Positions 50,046 through 63,099 of a stretch of 64,000 bases of DNA are shown here, piece after piece. Source of the stretch: Ginglymostoma cirratum (lineage: Eukaryota); contig JAHRHZ010000046.1 of NCBI GenBank assembly GCA_024137785.1, positions 16,799,431 through 16,863,430 of the forward strand, given 5' to 3'. A program made the position numbers and the translations under genes. The notes beneath the pieces were generated by a model. It saw only the letters and a list, made by a program, of their open reading frames with translations, was not told the DNA's origin and ran no database searches. How positions within the stretch are numbered: position 1 is the first letter of the stretch; the number at the start of each line of letters is the position of its first letter.

Positions 50046-50169
50046 AACCATTCTATTTTGTGTGTTAAAACTTGACATTAATCTACGAAGTCAGGTTGAG
50101 TTAAAATCAAATAACTCAGAACTCTGATTTTGTCAAAGTTGCCACCAAATGAAGGCAAGATGAAGCTTT

Positions 50170-50530
50170 TCCAGAAGTGGAAAACAGGCAAACATATTCA
50201 GCTCCAGTCCACCATTCGATAAGATTATGGCTGATCTGATTCTTCTCAAATTCCTCGTTATGCCTGATAACATTTCACCCCTTACTTATCAAGAATCCAC
50301 CTGTCTTTATCTCTGCCTTTAAAGAAATCCAAATACTCCATTTCAACTGCTTTTTAAGGAAGAGAATTTAAAAGACACTCAAGTCTCTGGGAGAAAAAAG
50401 ATGTCCTGATCTGTTTTAAATGGCAAATTCTACATTCTCCCAGAAGAAGAAACATCCTCTCCGCATCTATCTTGTCAAGGACCCTCAGGGTATTATGTTT
50501 CAATCAAGTCGTCTATCACCCTTTAAGCCC
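50170..50530 (-). mobile_element. CR1-clade LINE 3' end
   Basis: CCACCATTCGATAAGATTATGGCTGATCTG...AGAAGAAACATCCTCTCCGCATCTATCTTGTCAAG. Confidence 0.7.
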
Positions 50531-52758
50531 TGGTAGGTTACCTCTGCTCCTCAGTCTTCCAAGTTGAGGTTTCCCTCTACTTCCTTCTCCTGGACTTGCA
50601 TTCCTGCTCAAAACTCTGATTAAGTTCAAACTTCAATGTGGTGTAAGTGCACGTACCAGTGGTTCAGAAGTGCTGAGCCGGGCCTTTTACATTCCTTGTT
50701 TTTATAGAAGTGCTGGCATGTGATCCTTCCCTCTACTAATCCATGAATGCAAGGAAGGGCTTCAGAGAAGAGCAGCTTTAAAAAACATTTTAAAATGTCA
50801 TGGATTGATAAAACCCCAGCTTAGCATTTCTGAACCTTTTTTAGACCCCTCTTCTTCCATGACATTAAAGCTATAGCTTCAAATTGAACGTGGAAGTTGA
50901 ATGGGAACACACATCCAGGAGAGGGATGTGGCATGTGGGTGAGTCAGAGAGGGGGATAAAGACTGTAACACATGGAAGTTGGGAAGTGTGGAGACTATGC
51001 AGCTCAAGTTCAGCAAGGGGAAAGATGCCACAATTTGGTGGTCAGAGAGCTGGAATGTGTCAATTGGATTGAACAGGAAACACTGTTAAACAAATACCAC
51101 GACATTCAACAAGTTTACAGGCCCCATTAACTTAGAAATGTTAAAACAAAACAGTGCAAAATCGGGCAACTTCAAAGGAGAACATAGTATACGTCAGTTA
51201 CTAAAAACGTGAAAGATGCTTAGTATACAAGTCTTAGTGAGTCATGCTGTGAAATGAGTAAAGGACTGTCTTGCACTAGTAGATACTGTATGTGGAAATT
51301 CACCAGCTGAAATCCTGTGAAGCTAGAAATAAATTGTACAACTTTGGCAGTTTTGAGTGAATGATATGGCAACATGAAGAAAGTTTCAAAAATTTCACTT
51401 AGCTTGAGATGACACTTAATAGCTGCATCAAATTGCAGCATGACTTAAAAAAAAATCATTCCTGTGGCTGCCTGATCCTTTTGTAGTGTAAAGCTCAGTT
51501 CCAGTCCTGAAATTCATCGAGTTGCTCTGGCATTAGCATTGTGCAAATAGCCAACTCTGGCATAATAAAAGCAAGATTTTGCCTGCTGAAAAGATGAATT
51601 TTCAAAGTGAAAAATTGATTATGGCCCATTTGTGGCCATGTGTTGTCATTGTACACTGTGCTGATGCACATGAAATTCTTTGAAGTCTTAAACCTTCCCT
51701 GATTGCTGTGAAATTGGTTTTAAGTAAATCATCATTCCATTTGTACATCCAGTCTCATTATACAGTCTCACCCTTGCTCCTTCATGCTGTGCCACAAATC
51801 ACTCTCTCAGGAGTAGAAACTGACAGTTGAGTTTGTCCCAAATCTCTATCAAATATTACCTAGGGTAGGATGAGTGGATTGTCTTCAACTGCCTTGCCAT
51901 TCCTCTTTCTTCCTGTCCAAATGAAGAATATCTGTATAATAGCTTAGTTCTTGCGAAGGAGCAAGCTCTCTGTGATTCTTAATGAACTCTCACTTCCTGA
52001 CTCTCACCCCTGAGGGTCAGGTCCTTGGTTCAACTTGAGTAGAAAATACAGACCAGTACTGCAGTGCAGGACTGAGGGAGAACTGCTCTTTCGGAAATGT
52101 TGTTTTACTTCAAAGGAGAGCTGGGGATATAATCAGTATCCTGGTTGATATTTGTTCCTCAATCAGTGCTATAAGAATGGATTAACATAGATCACAGCAT
52201 ATGAATCAACCAAGCATGTAAGACAACTCCATTTGCCCAGCCCTTAAAATCATGTTTTTGCATATTCTTAGCATACTAGTCACTTCATTCTATACTTTTC
52301 ATCAGTAGTCAGCCTGAATGTGTCTCCAAGAATGCATGTTTTACCTAATGGTATCTTATAATTGGGCAAGGAGGGATAAAGCAGGTTATATGGTTGTTTG
52401 CAAAGGTGCCCATTGATTATGGTGAAAGATGTCTTTGTAGAATTGACAGTTGATAAAACATGCCATAGAATGAGATTTTTTTTTTTTACGTTTCCCTTCC
52501 AAACAGCTCGATGTGCAGCTGCACACTATGGATTGCAGATTTTCAAGAAGGCAGTTCATCACCAGTTTATCAAGGGCGATTAGGGATGGACAATAAATGC
52601 AGGTCTAGCAAGCAGTAACTGCAGCCTGTGAGCAAATTAAAAGAAAAGCAGTCATCACACTCACACCAACAATTCACATTTTATATTCAACATATAAGTT
52701 GACTTTGGTCTCTTTTGAAGATTGACCTGTATGCTATAATCCGCAGAACTGTATTCAT

Positions 52759-53035
52759 TATAAGAACATAAGAACCAGGGGCAGGAGTAGGCTGTCCGGC
52801 CCTTCGAGCCTGCTCCGCCATTCAATAAGATCATGGCCGATCTTTTTGTGGACTCAGATCCACTTACCCGCACTCTGACCGTATCCCTTAATTCCTTTAT
52901 TGTTCAAGAAAAATCTACCTTAGCTTTAAAAACGTTTACTGAAGTAGAATCAACTACTTCACCGGGCGAGGAATTCCATAGATTAACAACCCTCTGAGTG
53001 AAGAAGTTCCTTCTCAATTCAGTCTTAAATCTGCA
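52759..53035 (-). mobile_element. Young CR1-clade LINE 3' end
   Basis: ATAAGAACATAAGAAC tail, GGAGTAGGCTGTCCGGCCCTTCGAGCCTGCTCCGCCATTCAATAAGATCATGGC with CpGs retained; RRNFFTQRVVNLWNS on minus. Confidence 0.88.
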
Positions 53036-53654
53036 CCTTTTCATTGTGTGAATGATGGCTTAATCGTTTTGAATTTCTGTAAATCTGTGGTTTTGGGGCA
53101 TACCAAGAGGAACTAAATGTATAAGAATGTTGCAATATCTGAAATATACTTTAGGCATTTGGAAATCTGTCCACTCGCCAGACTGGATAGCAAATCTAAT
53201 TTATATATAAATGAAAGTATTTAAGTTGAGGTAGTGGGATAGATTTCTCAATTCTATGTTTTGAATCATTATGAAACCTACCATTATTGAAGGAACACTT
53301 TATTAGCAAAATTTGATTGTAAACAATAATGAAGTGATTTTTTTTTAAAAGTGAAAACATTTTCCTTCTGGTTTGTTCTTTATTTCTTAGTAACTTCAAA
53401 AATTGGTTAGTCTTAACAAAGTGCCAAGAACAGAGTAAGATTATGGTCTTGGATAGAACTGATTAATATTGATTTATGTTGTTATGTAGAAATAACACAG
53501 AAAACTTTTGATGTTCTGTGCTTAACCTTTGCTTTATTGTGCCAAGTACGTAATTGTGATTTAAAATAAATGTGTACATGTGAACAATGAATTCAATACA
53601 AATTTAGGAAATAAATGAGTGAACTTGATTTTATTACCACTTTATGTCCTTGGC

Positions 53655-54050
53655 CATGCCAATGAACCTATTTTTGAAGTATGGTCACTGTTATAATATT
53701 AATACACAGTCACTTTGTGCACACCAAACTCCCAAAAATAGCAACATGATCATGGCTAGATACACGTTTTCTTGATGTTGCCTGAGGGATAAACAAATAC
53801 TGCCAGGATACTGAGGAGAACTCCCAGCATACCCTCAACAATATCCTCAAAATAATGTGATTGGTTCTTTTGCATCTACTTGAGAGGAATGGCAGGGCCT
53901 CAATTCAGCATCTCATCGAAAACAGATTACACGTCTGAATGTGCTGCATCAGTGTGTCAGTCTAGATTTTGTGCTTGTGTTGAATGGAACTCAAACCAAA
54001 ATCTTTTAATGCCGAGGCGAAAGTGCTGTCACAGAACCATGCTGACACCA
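53655..54050 (-). mobile_element. Deu-domain SINE
   Basis: TTTTGAAGTATGGTCACTGTTATAAT..CAAACTCCCA..GAGGGATAAA..GGGCCTCAATTCAGCATCTCATCGAAAACAG..CAGTGTGTCAGTCTAGATTTTGTGCT. Confidence 0.65.
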
Positions 54051-54510
54051 TGCTCAAATTTGTATTTGTATTAGGCCTTATCACGTCTCTTAATGCATTC
54101 ACGTATAATTACATACTTTGAAATGCAGTGATTGGAACCAAATATGTCGGGTGCTTTGAGTACGAGATCTCATGAGCTGAAATGAGTCTCATGAATGGAC
54201 AGTATGTCAGTTTTTGATGGTAATGATTAAGGAAGGAATTTTGGCCAAAACCACCAAGGAAAACTTGCAATCGTGTTTGAGTTGTAAAATTGGATCTTTT
54301 CCATCCACAGGCAGCTAGCATTTGAACTGTTGCTTTCAAAGTGAGTTGGTCTGCATTAAAGATCTGAAAATATAAGCCAGCCTTCTCGAGACACATGGCA
54401 TGGTCCGATAGCCATATCATCTGAGGTTAGAGAGAGATTTCAGTCCAATCCCGTGTTACACGTGCTGGAACTCGCACTGACCTATTGACACCAGAGCCTT
54501 TGGTAACCCT

Positions 54511-54635
54511 GAGATAGTAAGAACTGCAGATGCTGGAGTTAGAGGTAACACAGTGTGGAGCTGGAAGAAGCGTCCCGACCCAAAACGTCAGCTTTCCTGT
54601 TCCTCTGATGCTGCCTGGCCTGCTGTGTTCCTTCA
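54511..54635. mobile_element. Rearranged mini-element of the same hammerhead family (tail on minus joined to an inverted internal part)
   Basis: GAGATAGTAAGAACTGCAGATGCTGGAG... joined to GTCCCGACCCAAAACGTCAGCTTTCCTG...; GTAACC repeat at 54503-54508 and 54636-54641. Confidence 0.75.
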
Positions 54636-54754
54636 GTAACCTTGGTATACATACTATACCTGACCTGTCTTTGTTGGCCACATTCTAAAATATATGTGAT
54701 CTTGTGTATCACCCTGATGGCAATGTGGATTTACTGCTTTTGCATTTTTTCATT

Positions 54755-55430
54755 ATTTATTTGTTTACAAGCAGTGGACATCACTGATGAAGCCAGTGGC
54801 CAAGAATTTCCAATTCTTAATTGCCCTTAGGAATGTGGTGTTCAACAATTTTCAAGAATACAACTAACTGGCTTATTGAGGCAAGCAGTTAAAGATGGCA
54901 CTTAAAATGTCAACCATACTGCTGTGACTCTGAAGTCCAAAAATTATAAAAAGAGATTTCCTTCCTGAAAGAGATTTATTGAATCAGATAAGTGATTGAA
55001 ACAATCTGATAGTTTGATGTTGCTACTATTGATGCTGGTTTTTGTTTTATTCCAGATTCGTTTAATTAACTGAATTAAATCCTAGAGCTGCATGATGATT
55101 TCCAATTCATGTTTCTTAGATTGCTAGTCCAGTAACATGAACCTTTCATTTAACTTGTCATGGGAAGTGTGTATGACCGGCAAGGCCAGCATTTATCACT
55201 CATCACTGGACGCTTTTGAGAAGGTGACGGTGATCTGCGTTTGTGAACCACTGCAGCAAATTTGGTGTAGGCAAAACCACAGTGCTGTTAGGGAAGGAGT
55301 TCTAGGATTTCTTTGCAGTTTCATTGAAAAAGTAGCAAAAGTATTTCCGAGTCAGGATGGTGTTTGGTTTAAAGGCTGATTTGCAAGTGTTGGTTCTCCC
55401 ATTCACATTATTTCCCTTGTCCTTGTTAGG
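54755..55430 (-). mobile_element. Decayed SINE copy (about 54755-55135) and adjacent LINE 3' fragment (about 55145-55430) with the same tail
   Basis: GTGGACATCACTGATGAAGCCAG..TAATTGCCCTTAG and CATGGGAAGTGTGTATGACCGGCAAGGCCAGCATTTAT..TTGAGAAGGTG are reverse complements of the tail at 10585-10688 and 44500-44560. Confidence 0.65.
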
Positions 55431-55445
55431 TTGTCTAATTAGTTA

Positions 55446-55480
55446 TGGTGTTGTGTTGTGGTGTGGTGTGGTGTGGTGTG
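55446..55480 (+). repeat. (TGTGG/TGTGT)n pentamer repeat
   Basis: Direct reading. Confidence 0.85.
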
Positions 55481-57584
55481 ATATGATGGGTGGATTTAAT
55501 AGAAAAGTGTAAATGTCAGTCTTCTGCACCCTGAACTAAAGCATCCGATTTAAAAAATCCACTTTGGTCAACTTGTGAGCCTGACCAAGCAAACTAACTT
55601 TGTGACCTACTCAATAATAAAGTGAGTTCTACTTAAAGTACAACTATTATATATTAATATCTGTGCACCATCCCAATTTTACGAATGCTTAAGCATTGAT
55701 AAAATGTATTGAAGATGTCTGGAATTCTGTTAATCCCATTACTTTTTTTTGAATGTTTGAAATTTTCTGTCTCCTTGACTTGGAAGAAATAATTCAGTTT
55801 TTAATTGATTGAGAGTAGACATGCTACGTATTCCCTGGGATGTTTAATTCTGTTCTCTGAATGCTGTGCTTATTCTCCTCCTCCTAAAGTATAGGTATGA
55901 CTCAACCCTTCAGCATTATGTTGATCAGGTACTGTGGCCATTTTTCTCCATCCCAAACCCTCAACTTCATTTAACATACTTCAAATACTTTCTCTGACCA
56001 AGAGTGATGAACCTTAATCTTAGTACTTTGCTCCAAATGGTTAATGTAAAATGTCGTCTCATGGGGGAAGGGGACTAAGCAGAGATTTGTCAACAACAGT
56101 AAGAAATGTAAATGAGTGAAGAATATTTTATTGGTGCAGTGCAGATATACTGTTTGAGTGCTGAGTTGTTGTACATTTAATAAGCAGTAAAACAGTAATG
56201 GTGTGATGGAGTGATGATGTGGAAAAATAATCTTTCATTGCTCAGCATCAGTAATATTCTGACAATGAATTGCAAATGCTAACCTCATTCTCATTGACAT
56301 TAATTTAAATGTTTGTGCGGTTCAGTCTCTTTAAAACATTTCTTGCTCCCCCTTAAACGCCCTCCTTAAATCTGCAAGGAATCAAAATGCATGGATCCAG
56401 ATAGTTGTTAATCACTGTACGCTTTACATATTTAGCATAAGGATAGGAAATGTAAAATACATGAAGCAAAATTTTCAAATGTAGAGGTGAACTGTTTGTG
56501 GATTAGATCATAATGTTAGAGCATTACATCAGGCCATTCAGTCCATCAAACATATTCCTTTTATTCACAAAACCATCTAATCTTATTCTATTCCCTCGTT
56601 TTTCCCCTCTATTTCAATAAATTATTTTATTCACTTTAAAAATAAATTATGATATTTGCTTCAAAAACTGTTTTCTAAGTTCATAATTAAAAGTTAGGTT
56701 TTTGTATTTTGTATCTGTTGAATTCAGGAACCTCAATTGTTATGACACAGTACTAGAAATGCCATTGGTGAGTTTAAATCTTGCCAAACCCTTCAAAGAA
56801 GGTAATTTACTAAGAGCGCCTGATCCAGATTAGTTGTGTTGATTTGATCCCTACAGATGAATTAGGAATGAATACATAATAGTAGCTTGTCAATGTCTCC
56901 CACATCTCAAGTACAAGTAATACAAAACAAAATTAAAACCATTCACACATTTATGGTCCTGTTTCCATGTGCTGATAAAGTTTATTGTCTTGCATTTCCA
57001 TATATTAATACCCATTTTCTGTTGTCTTCAATTTAAAAGCTGAAAGTATACGGTTCATTCTTTCTTTCCACGCTTTGAAAGTGTATTAGCTCACATTTGA
57101 CTCCATCTGTTGTCTCCTGGCCTATTCTAATCTAGCTCCCAAAGCCCTAGACTAACCACCCATCCTTCCCAATCTTTCATGTACCTTCCACAATCTTCAA
57201 ATCTTTCCATTTTTTTGACATCAGATTGAATACTCAATCAGTTCTTAAATCCAGTTCAATATGTGTTGATGTGTATATAGTATATGTATTTTGTGTGTAT
57301 TCACATTGTCGTTCTGTCAACATTTAGGAAGAAAATAGACAAGTTAATTTCTAGCTGTCAGACAGAGAGTTTCATAAGAACTATAAATTGAAGGGTTTCC
57401 ACCTAAAATGTGAACCTGCGTTTTTTGTTTTTTTTCTTGTATGTTGATAGAATAGAGCAAGTCTATCAGATCTCTATAATCTGAAACCTAGTGATTAAGT
57501 CTACAAAATAGTGGTGTAATTTCTACATGTACAAGTTTAGAAATTTGTGGTATTTTTAAAGCTAATTCTGCTGAGGATGGGGAC

Positions 57585-57795
57585 ATGGAGAACAAAAAGT
57601 AGAAAATGCCTGAAGCATTTAGGCTGCGTTCTATTCATATAGAGAACAGACCATTGATGCCTTGGTTATTTTCCTTCCATAACATCTAATGAAAAGGCCA
57701 TACTCATACTTGAAAAGTTAATTTTTTGTTCTCTCCCTGAAATGCTTTCTGGCCTGAATGCTTAGGTCATATCCTGTGTTTGTTTCAGATTTTAG
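57585..57795 (+). mobile_element. Highly decayed fold-back copy related to the 100-bp family
   Basis: CTAATGA...TTGAAAAGTTAA...TCTCTCCCTGAAATGCT...TGTTTGTTTCAGATTT preceded by a roughly inverted segment (AACAAAAAGTAGAAAATGCCTGAAGCATT). Confidence 0.4.
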
Positions 57796-59559
57796 AGGAG
57801 CTAAATCCTGTTATGTGCCTGGGTGTAATTTCTATAAAGGAGGCAGTAGAATATGTAAAACCGAATTTCTGATACCCTGCAACTCCAAATATATCAGGAT
57901 TATGCTTAAATCCCTTGTCATGATTAGAAACAAGGTAGTAAACACCTAAACGGGGCACATGCATGTGGGCTGGGAGGACACTGTCAGTCATTATTGCAAT
58001 GAAGGAAGCCATTTGACCCATTGAATCTATCTGGCTCTCTGCGGAACAATTCAGTCTAAAACCATAGCCCTGCAACTTAATTTTCCTCAAGCGCCTATCC
58101 AATTTCAATCTTTGAATCTCTCAGAAACCACCTTCCTTGCACAGTATCTTCAACATATTTGTAGTTTGCATGCCTGGAATGCTTGGTAGTGAAAATAGTA
58201 TGTTGCCGATAGCCGCTCATTTATTTTCGTGTTTCAGATTGGGTTCTGCATCTGTCCAGCACTTAAACAGATAAACTAATTTATTACTTCAAATGCTGCC
58301 TGGAGCATGGATTGGGTTGTAGTTCAGTTATGAACAGAACAGTAACGATGAATCACCAATAAACAGCAGCTGGAAATGCTTATTTCATTCTTAATAGGCC
58401 ATATGGCAGCATTTTTTTCTTTTTTTGAACATTATTTTTGAATCAAGTGAGAATAATTGTGTGTGAGTGCATGCCAGATTCAAGCAGGCGCTAGTATGTT
58501 GTTGTATACAGTGCTGAATGAATGTATGACCTGGCATTGAGTGACAAAAAGCATGTCTTTTTTAAACCTGTAATGCTGGTGTTCACTTTGTTGTTCAGAG
58601 CAATAAGTTGTTTCATTCATGCGCTGCCTTTCCAGGATGGGATACTTCTTTTGCAACCTGGCCTTGGTACTGAATTTGCATGCTGTGGCAAATGTTGGTG
58701 CAGTTTTTTTTTCTGATGGTTATAATTTAAAAATAGCATCATTCCACTGCTCCAAGACCTTCTCAAATTGCCCTTGTCTCATTTTTGTATTTTGACAAAT
58801 TTCTCCTCCTCCATTCTTGTCGTGCTGGAATTCTGATGGGTATCATGATGTTTGATTGAAAACATTGTAACGTATAATTTAGTTTAGTACAGTAAGGGGC
58901 TTTCTTTCATAAACTGGGTTTGAGGCTATATAGATGGGTTGCGATCGATAAATGTACCTTCATGTCAGTTAGAGAATAGGAATTGTTGGAGAGAAACTTA
59001 ACAGTGTTGTCCAATTGGGAAAAATAGTTCGTCACAACTTTGCACTTCAAGTATCAATAAATGCAATTGTTCCAAAGTTTCAACACATCTGTAAATCTCT
59101 AGTGTATCATTCAAGTGGTCCTTATTTACACTAATCAAGATTCTGTTTGTTGTTCACTCCCAGAATTAACTTGGTCTCTGAATTTCATACAGATGAATTT
59201 TTAAATAGGTCCCATGATATTATGATTGGGAAACTATATTTTCATCTTTCTCCTTGATGTGGATGTCAAATTTAGGACCTCCTGATTTTAAAGTCTTAAG
59301 TGGTGAGCTGCAGTGTTGCCAGATCGCTGGGTGATTCCTATCTACATTGATGATTTATGCCATAAGATGAAGTTGCCGCAACAGAATCTTTACTTTATAC
59401 TGCTTCACAGGGAGCAGTAAGCAATACAACTGAGCAGAGGTACTTCTTTTTAAGGAAACTTTGAATTTGGGCACTAATTTAGAAAGGTAGGAAAAGAAGT
59501 TAGCATGGGACTTTCAGAGGACATGACGGGGATGGCCCAAATATGCTCAAAGGAAACAA

Positions 59560-59900
59560 GGAGGAATTCTTGTTGGGGCTGATACAAAGAGAGTGCCTCT
59601 TCTGTGAGGAGGAGTATATTTAAAGGTAGTCAATATGAGAAAGTCACTAAAAAAAAATCCATCAGGGAATTCAGTAAAAACATTTTACCCAAAGAATGAT
59701 ATTGATGTGAAACTTGACGCCCAAGTATATAATTTAAGGGGAAGTTAGACATTCAGTAGAAGGAGATGAAGTAGAGAATAATAGATAGTTCCAGTGCTAA
59801 TTTTAGATGAGGAAAAGTGGGGTCATGGAATGAAACATAAATTTGACCTTGGACTTCTTGGACCAAATGCCCCGTGTCTGCCTTATACCCTATATTATGT
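59560..59900 (+). mobile_element. Old CR1-clade LINE 3' end
   Basis: AAATCCATCAGGGAATTCAGTAAAAACATTTTACCCAAAGAATG, similar to 38960-39230. Confidence 0.55.
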
Positions 59901-60241
59901 ATGTCCGTGTTCTTTTCAAGCTATGTCTACGTTTCTAGTCAATGAAAATATAAATTAATATTTTGGATAATGCATCTTCTAAACACTATGTAAGATGTTT
60001 AAGGCAATTTGGTGATGTTGCTCTGATCCTGATTAATGTGGTCAGGTTTGTTGTAAACATAGTTTGACAGCAATCTTAACCAGGATTATTGGCTATAAAC
60101 CACATCCATCAAAGAACAGAGGTTCTATCAGCAGAACTTTCTATCAGATACACATTAAATAAATGGGTAGTTGCTGATTTATAGAGTGGTGGGGTCTAAA
60201 CCCTTAAACTGTAAACAAAGTTGATAAAGTATGGAATGACA

Positions 60242-60258
60242 GACCACTAGAGGGCAGT
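60242..60258 (+). promoter_or_regulatory. Candidate CTCF site
   Basis: GACCACTAGAGGGCAGT matches the core CCASYAGRKGGCRS. Confidence 0.5.
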
Positions 60259-61545
60259 TAGCATAATCAACTTTGGTGTTTCCAAAGATCTAAATGAAGG
60301 TTTCATTGGAACAGAAGCAGAAGAACTGCTTAAGCAGTTGCAGATAAGCCACAGCATTAAAATCAGTTAGATTATGAGGTCAGAATTACAGGAGCCCAGT
60401 TATCTTAGGCATCTGGAAAAAATGACAGAGGGAGGTATGAAGTCATGGAAGGGTTTGAAAAAAGGAATAAGAATTTTAAAGTTGAGGCATCGGCTCCTGG
60501 TGAGCAAATATTGGACAGTGACTACAAGGTGATGGACAGTGATCCTTCTAAATTATATGGCTGGTGTGTGGAAGCATTGACTTTCACTTCTGGAGGTTGT
60601 TGGCGCAAGTGGATCTCGGAGGTCTGCAGCGGCAGGAAAATTTAGTGGAAATATAGCTGAGTCCTAAATAAGGATACAGGCATTAAAATATTGGATGATC
60701 TGAAGTTTATGGAGTCTATGAATGTGGTACGCTGGACGCAAGTACGTTTGAATAATCAAGTCTAGAAACTTACGACCACACTGCCTCAAGCCTCCAATAC
60801 CACAAATTTGAGTTTGGAGGACTTCCTCTGTGCTCATTTTCATTCTTGGTTAGAATTCAACAAGTGTTCAGCAGCTTCCTGTAATTCAATATAGCTTTCC
60901 TTCAGGAGTGTCAGACTGCCTTAAGAGTGTAAGACCGGGCACCCTATAAATATGTTACTTAGCTCATTATTATATGTTGATATAGCTACCAAACTGGGGA
61001 ACACTCACCCCAGCACTGCAATCTGGTAAATGAGATGGCAGCAACAATTTCCCTGCTGCTTACCTCCGCCTTAACGGGTGAGGCAGACCATGAATCATGA
61101 CTACTTTTCCTGGTTAACAACATGGACTAATTTTTACCCTGTGATGTCAGCATCAAGCATGTCTCAAAGAATTGCATTGTGGTTAGAGTAAATATTCTTC
61201 TCCACAATGGTATCAGGCTTTTCCAGTGCAAGTGTAGCATGTATCAGATGAAAAATGTGGGCAGTATTTTGTAGTTTTCATTTTTAAGAAAAATAAATTA
61301 TTATGATAAATTATAGAAAATATGAAACATCAAGTAATGTCTTTGAAAGCAAATGCCTCAGTACATTCTTGCTCTGTTAAATGGGCTAGCCATAAACACA
61401 GTGAAAAAGTCCACGAATTAATGATTTGTCACAACCCTTATTCCTAAGCTATAGAAGTGAAATTTTTCAATTTTAGCCATTATGTTTACATGTTGGAAGA
61501 TAGAATGTTAGAGCTTGTAGCTTACAGCGTGTATCTGTTGCATTG

Positions 61546-61591
61546 CTTACCCTAAACATTTATCCAGTCTTACCCTAAACATTTATCCAGT
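61546..61591 (+). repeat. Perfect 23-bp tandem duplication
   Basis: CTTACCCTAAACATTTATCCAGT x2. Confidence 0.95.
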
Positions 61592-61774
61592 TTTCTTGAC
61601 TATTCAATTAAGAGGGAGTTGAAGGGTTCCAATAGATACTTTAGGACTAAGGAGGTGTTACTTGGTATTATCAGTTAGAATATTTAGAATAGTGAACTGT
61701 CATTGTAAACAAAACAAGCTCCTAATGTTTTGCAGCATTCCAAACCCAAATGTTTGAGTTTTGGGTAAAATAGA

Positions 61775-62150
61775 GACTTATCTTTACAAACTGCCTTTCA
61801 CAACCTCAGGAAACCACAGAAGTGTTTTATAGCCACGCAACGTTTAAAAACACGGAAGCCATTTGTGCACCTGAAGCTTCCACGAATAATAACATGATAA
61901 TGGTCAAATAAATTGTTTTAGTGATATTGTTTCAGGGTTCAATAATGACCAGAATGCTAGTTGAGCTCTCCTACTCCTTCAGATTACGTTAGGATATCTT
62001 TTACATCTACCTGATGCTTCACTTTAATGTCTCATAGGGCAATGTCTGTCATAGTGCAACGTGCCTTAAGTGTGACACTGCACTTTTAGCCTATATATTA
62101 TGCTGAAGTGTCCTTGGTAGAACTTCAGCCTTTGACCTTCTGTCTTGGCA
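61775..62150 (-). mobile_element. Deu-domain SINE
   Basis: TGCCTTTCACAACCTCAGGA..GCCATTTGTGCAC..TCTTTTACATCTACCTGA..TTTAATGTCTCAT..AGCCTATATATTATGCTGAAGT. Confidence 0.6.
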
Positions 62151-63099
62151 GCTACGCTATTTATTTAATCAAGGCAGACTTGTCTGCAATTAAATCACCC
62201 AATAATGACTGGTTCCTAACTGAAAAACTGTCAGGTTTTGACTCTTCACTCAATAGTTCTTTCTGTGCGCTCAAGCTTTAACCATAGAAGCATCTTCAAA
62301 ATTCTGGATAAAAATAATAAATATGGACCTCTCCAGAAATGCACTGAAAGCATCTCACTGTTTATTTTGTAGCAGTCCTTCCATTCTCCTCTTCCTCCTT
62401 GCATCACGATTCTTTCGGTTTGTAATGATTCAATTTTCACCCATGTTGTTCGGTCAGTGAAAGGAAAAATGACCGGAAATTGTTATCTGTGCACTACATT
62501 CATCCTACTTCTCCTGCATGTCATGCTGCATGTGCACCTTTTTGTCAGCAAATCGTCTTTGCTGTATTGGATACCTTTCTGTAGTAGTACTCTTCAATCA
62601 CAACCTCTTATGAGCTGTGTCATAGAATTTGAAATGATAAGTTTATATTATTGTGCTGTACCAATAGATTGCAGTGAGACTCAAAAGTGAATGTTTTTCT
62701 TTATTCTTTCATAGGATGTGAGCATCACTGGCTGGATCTGTATTTGTTATCTACCCCTAATTGTCCTTTGACTTGCTAGGCCATTTTGGAGAGCAGTTAA
62801 GAGTCAAATACATTGTTTTCCATCCCTCAATTGAGGGATAGAAATATTCACTAGTATTAATAGACTGTACTTTGTGGGCTGGTTGTTTTAAGCAATAGTT
62901 GCTGTCTATCTGTCATAATACTCTTCAAATTTACGGGCCCAATATGGTTGTATGAAGTAATGGTTATTTCTGCTTTCTCATTGAAAAAGGCACGTACAAA
63001 TCTTTTCTTATCACCCTTTTTTGTTTATTGCTAAATTTCTCTCCTGATGTTAAGGCTTGGTTTGCACAGGTACCATTGTCCTCTGAGACATCTGTGCCT

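Noticed and set aside
50884-51072. VEVEWEH resembling SND1 exon start VEVEVES
   Set aside because: Similarity ends after four residues; no splice acceptor.
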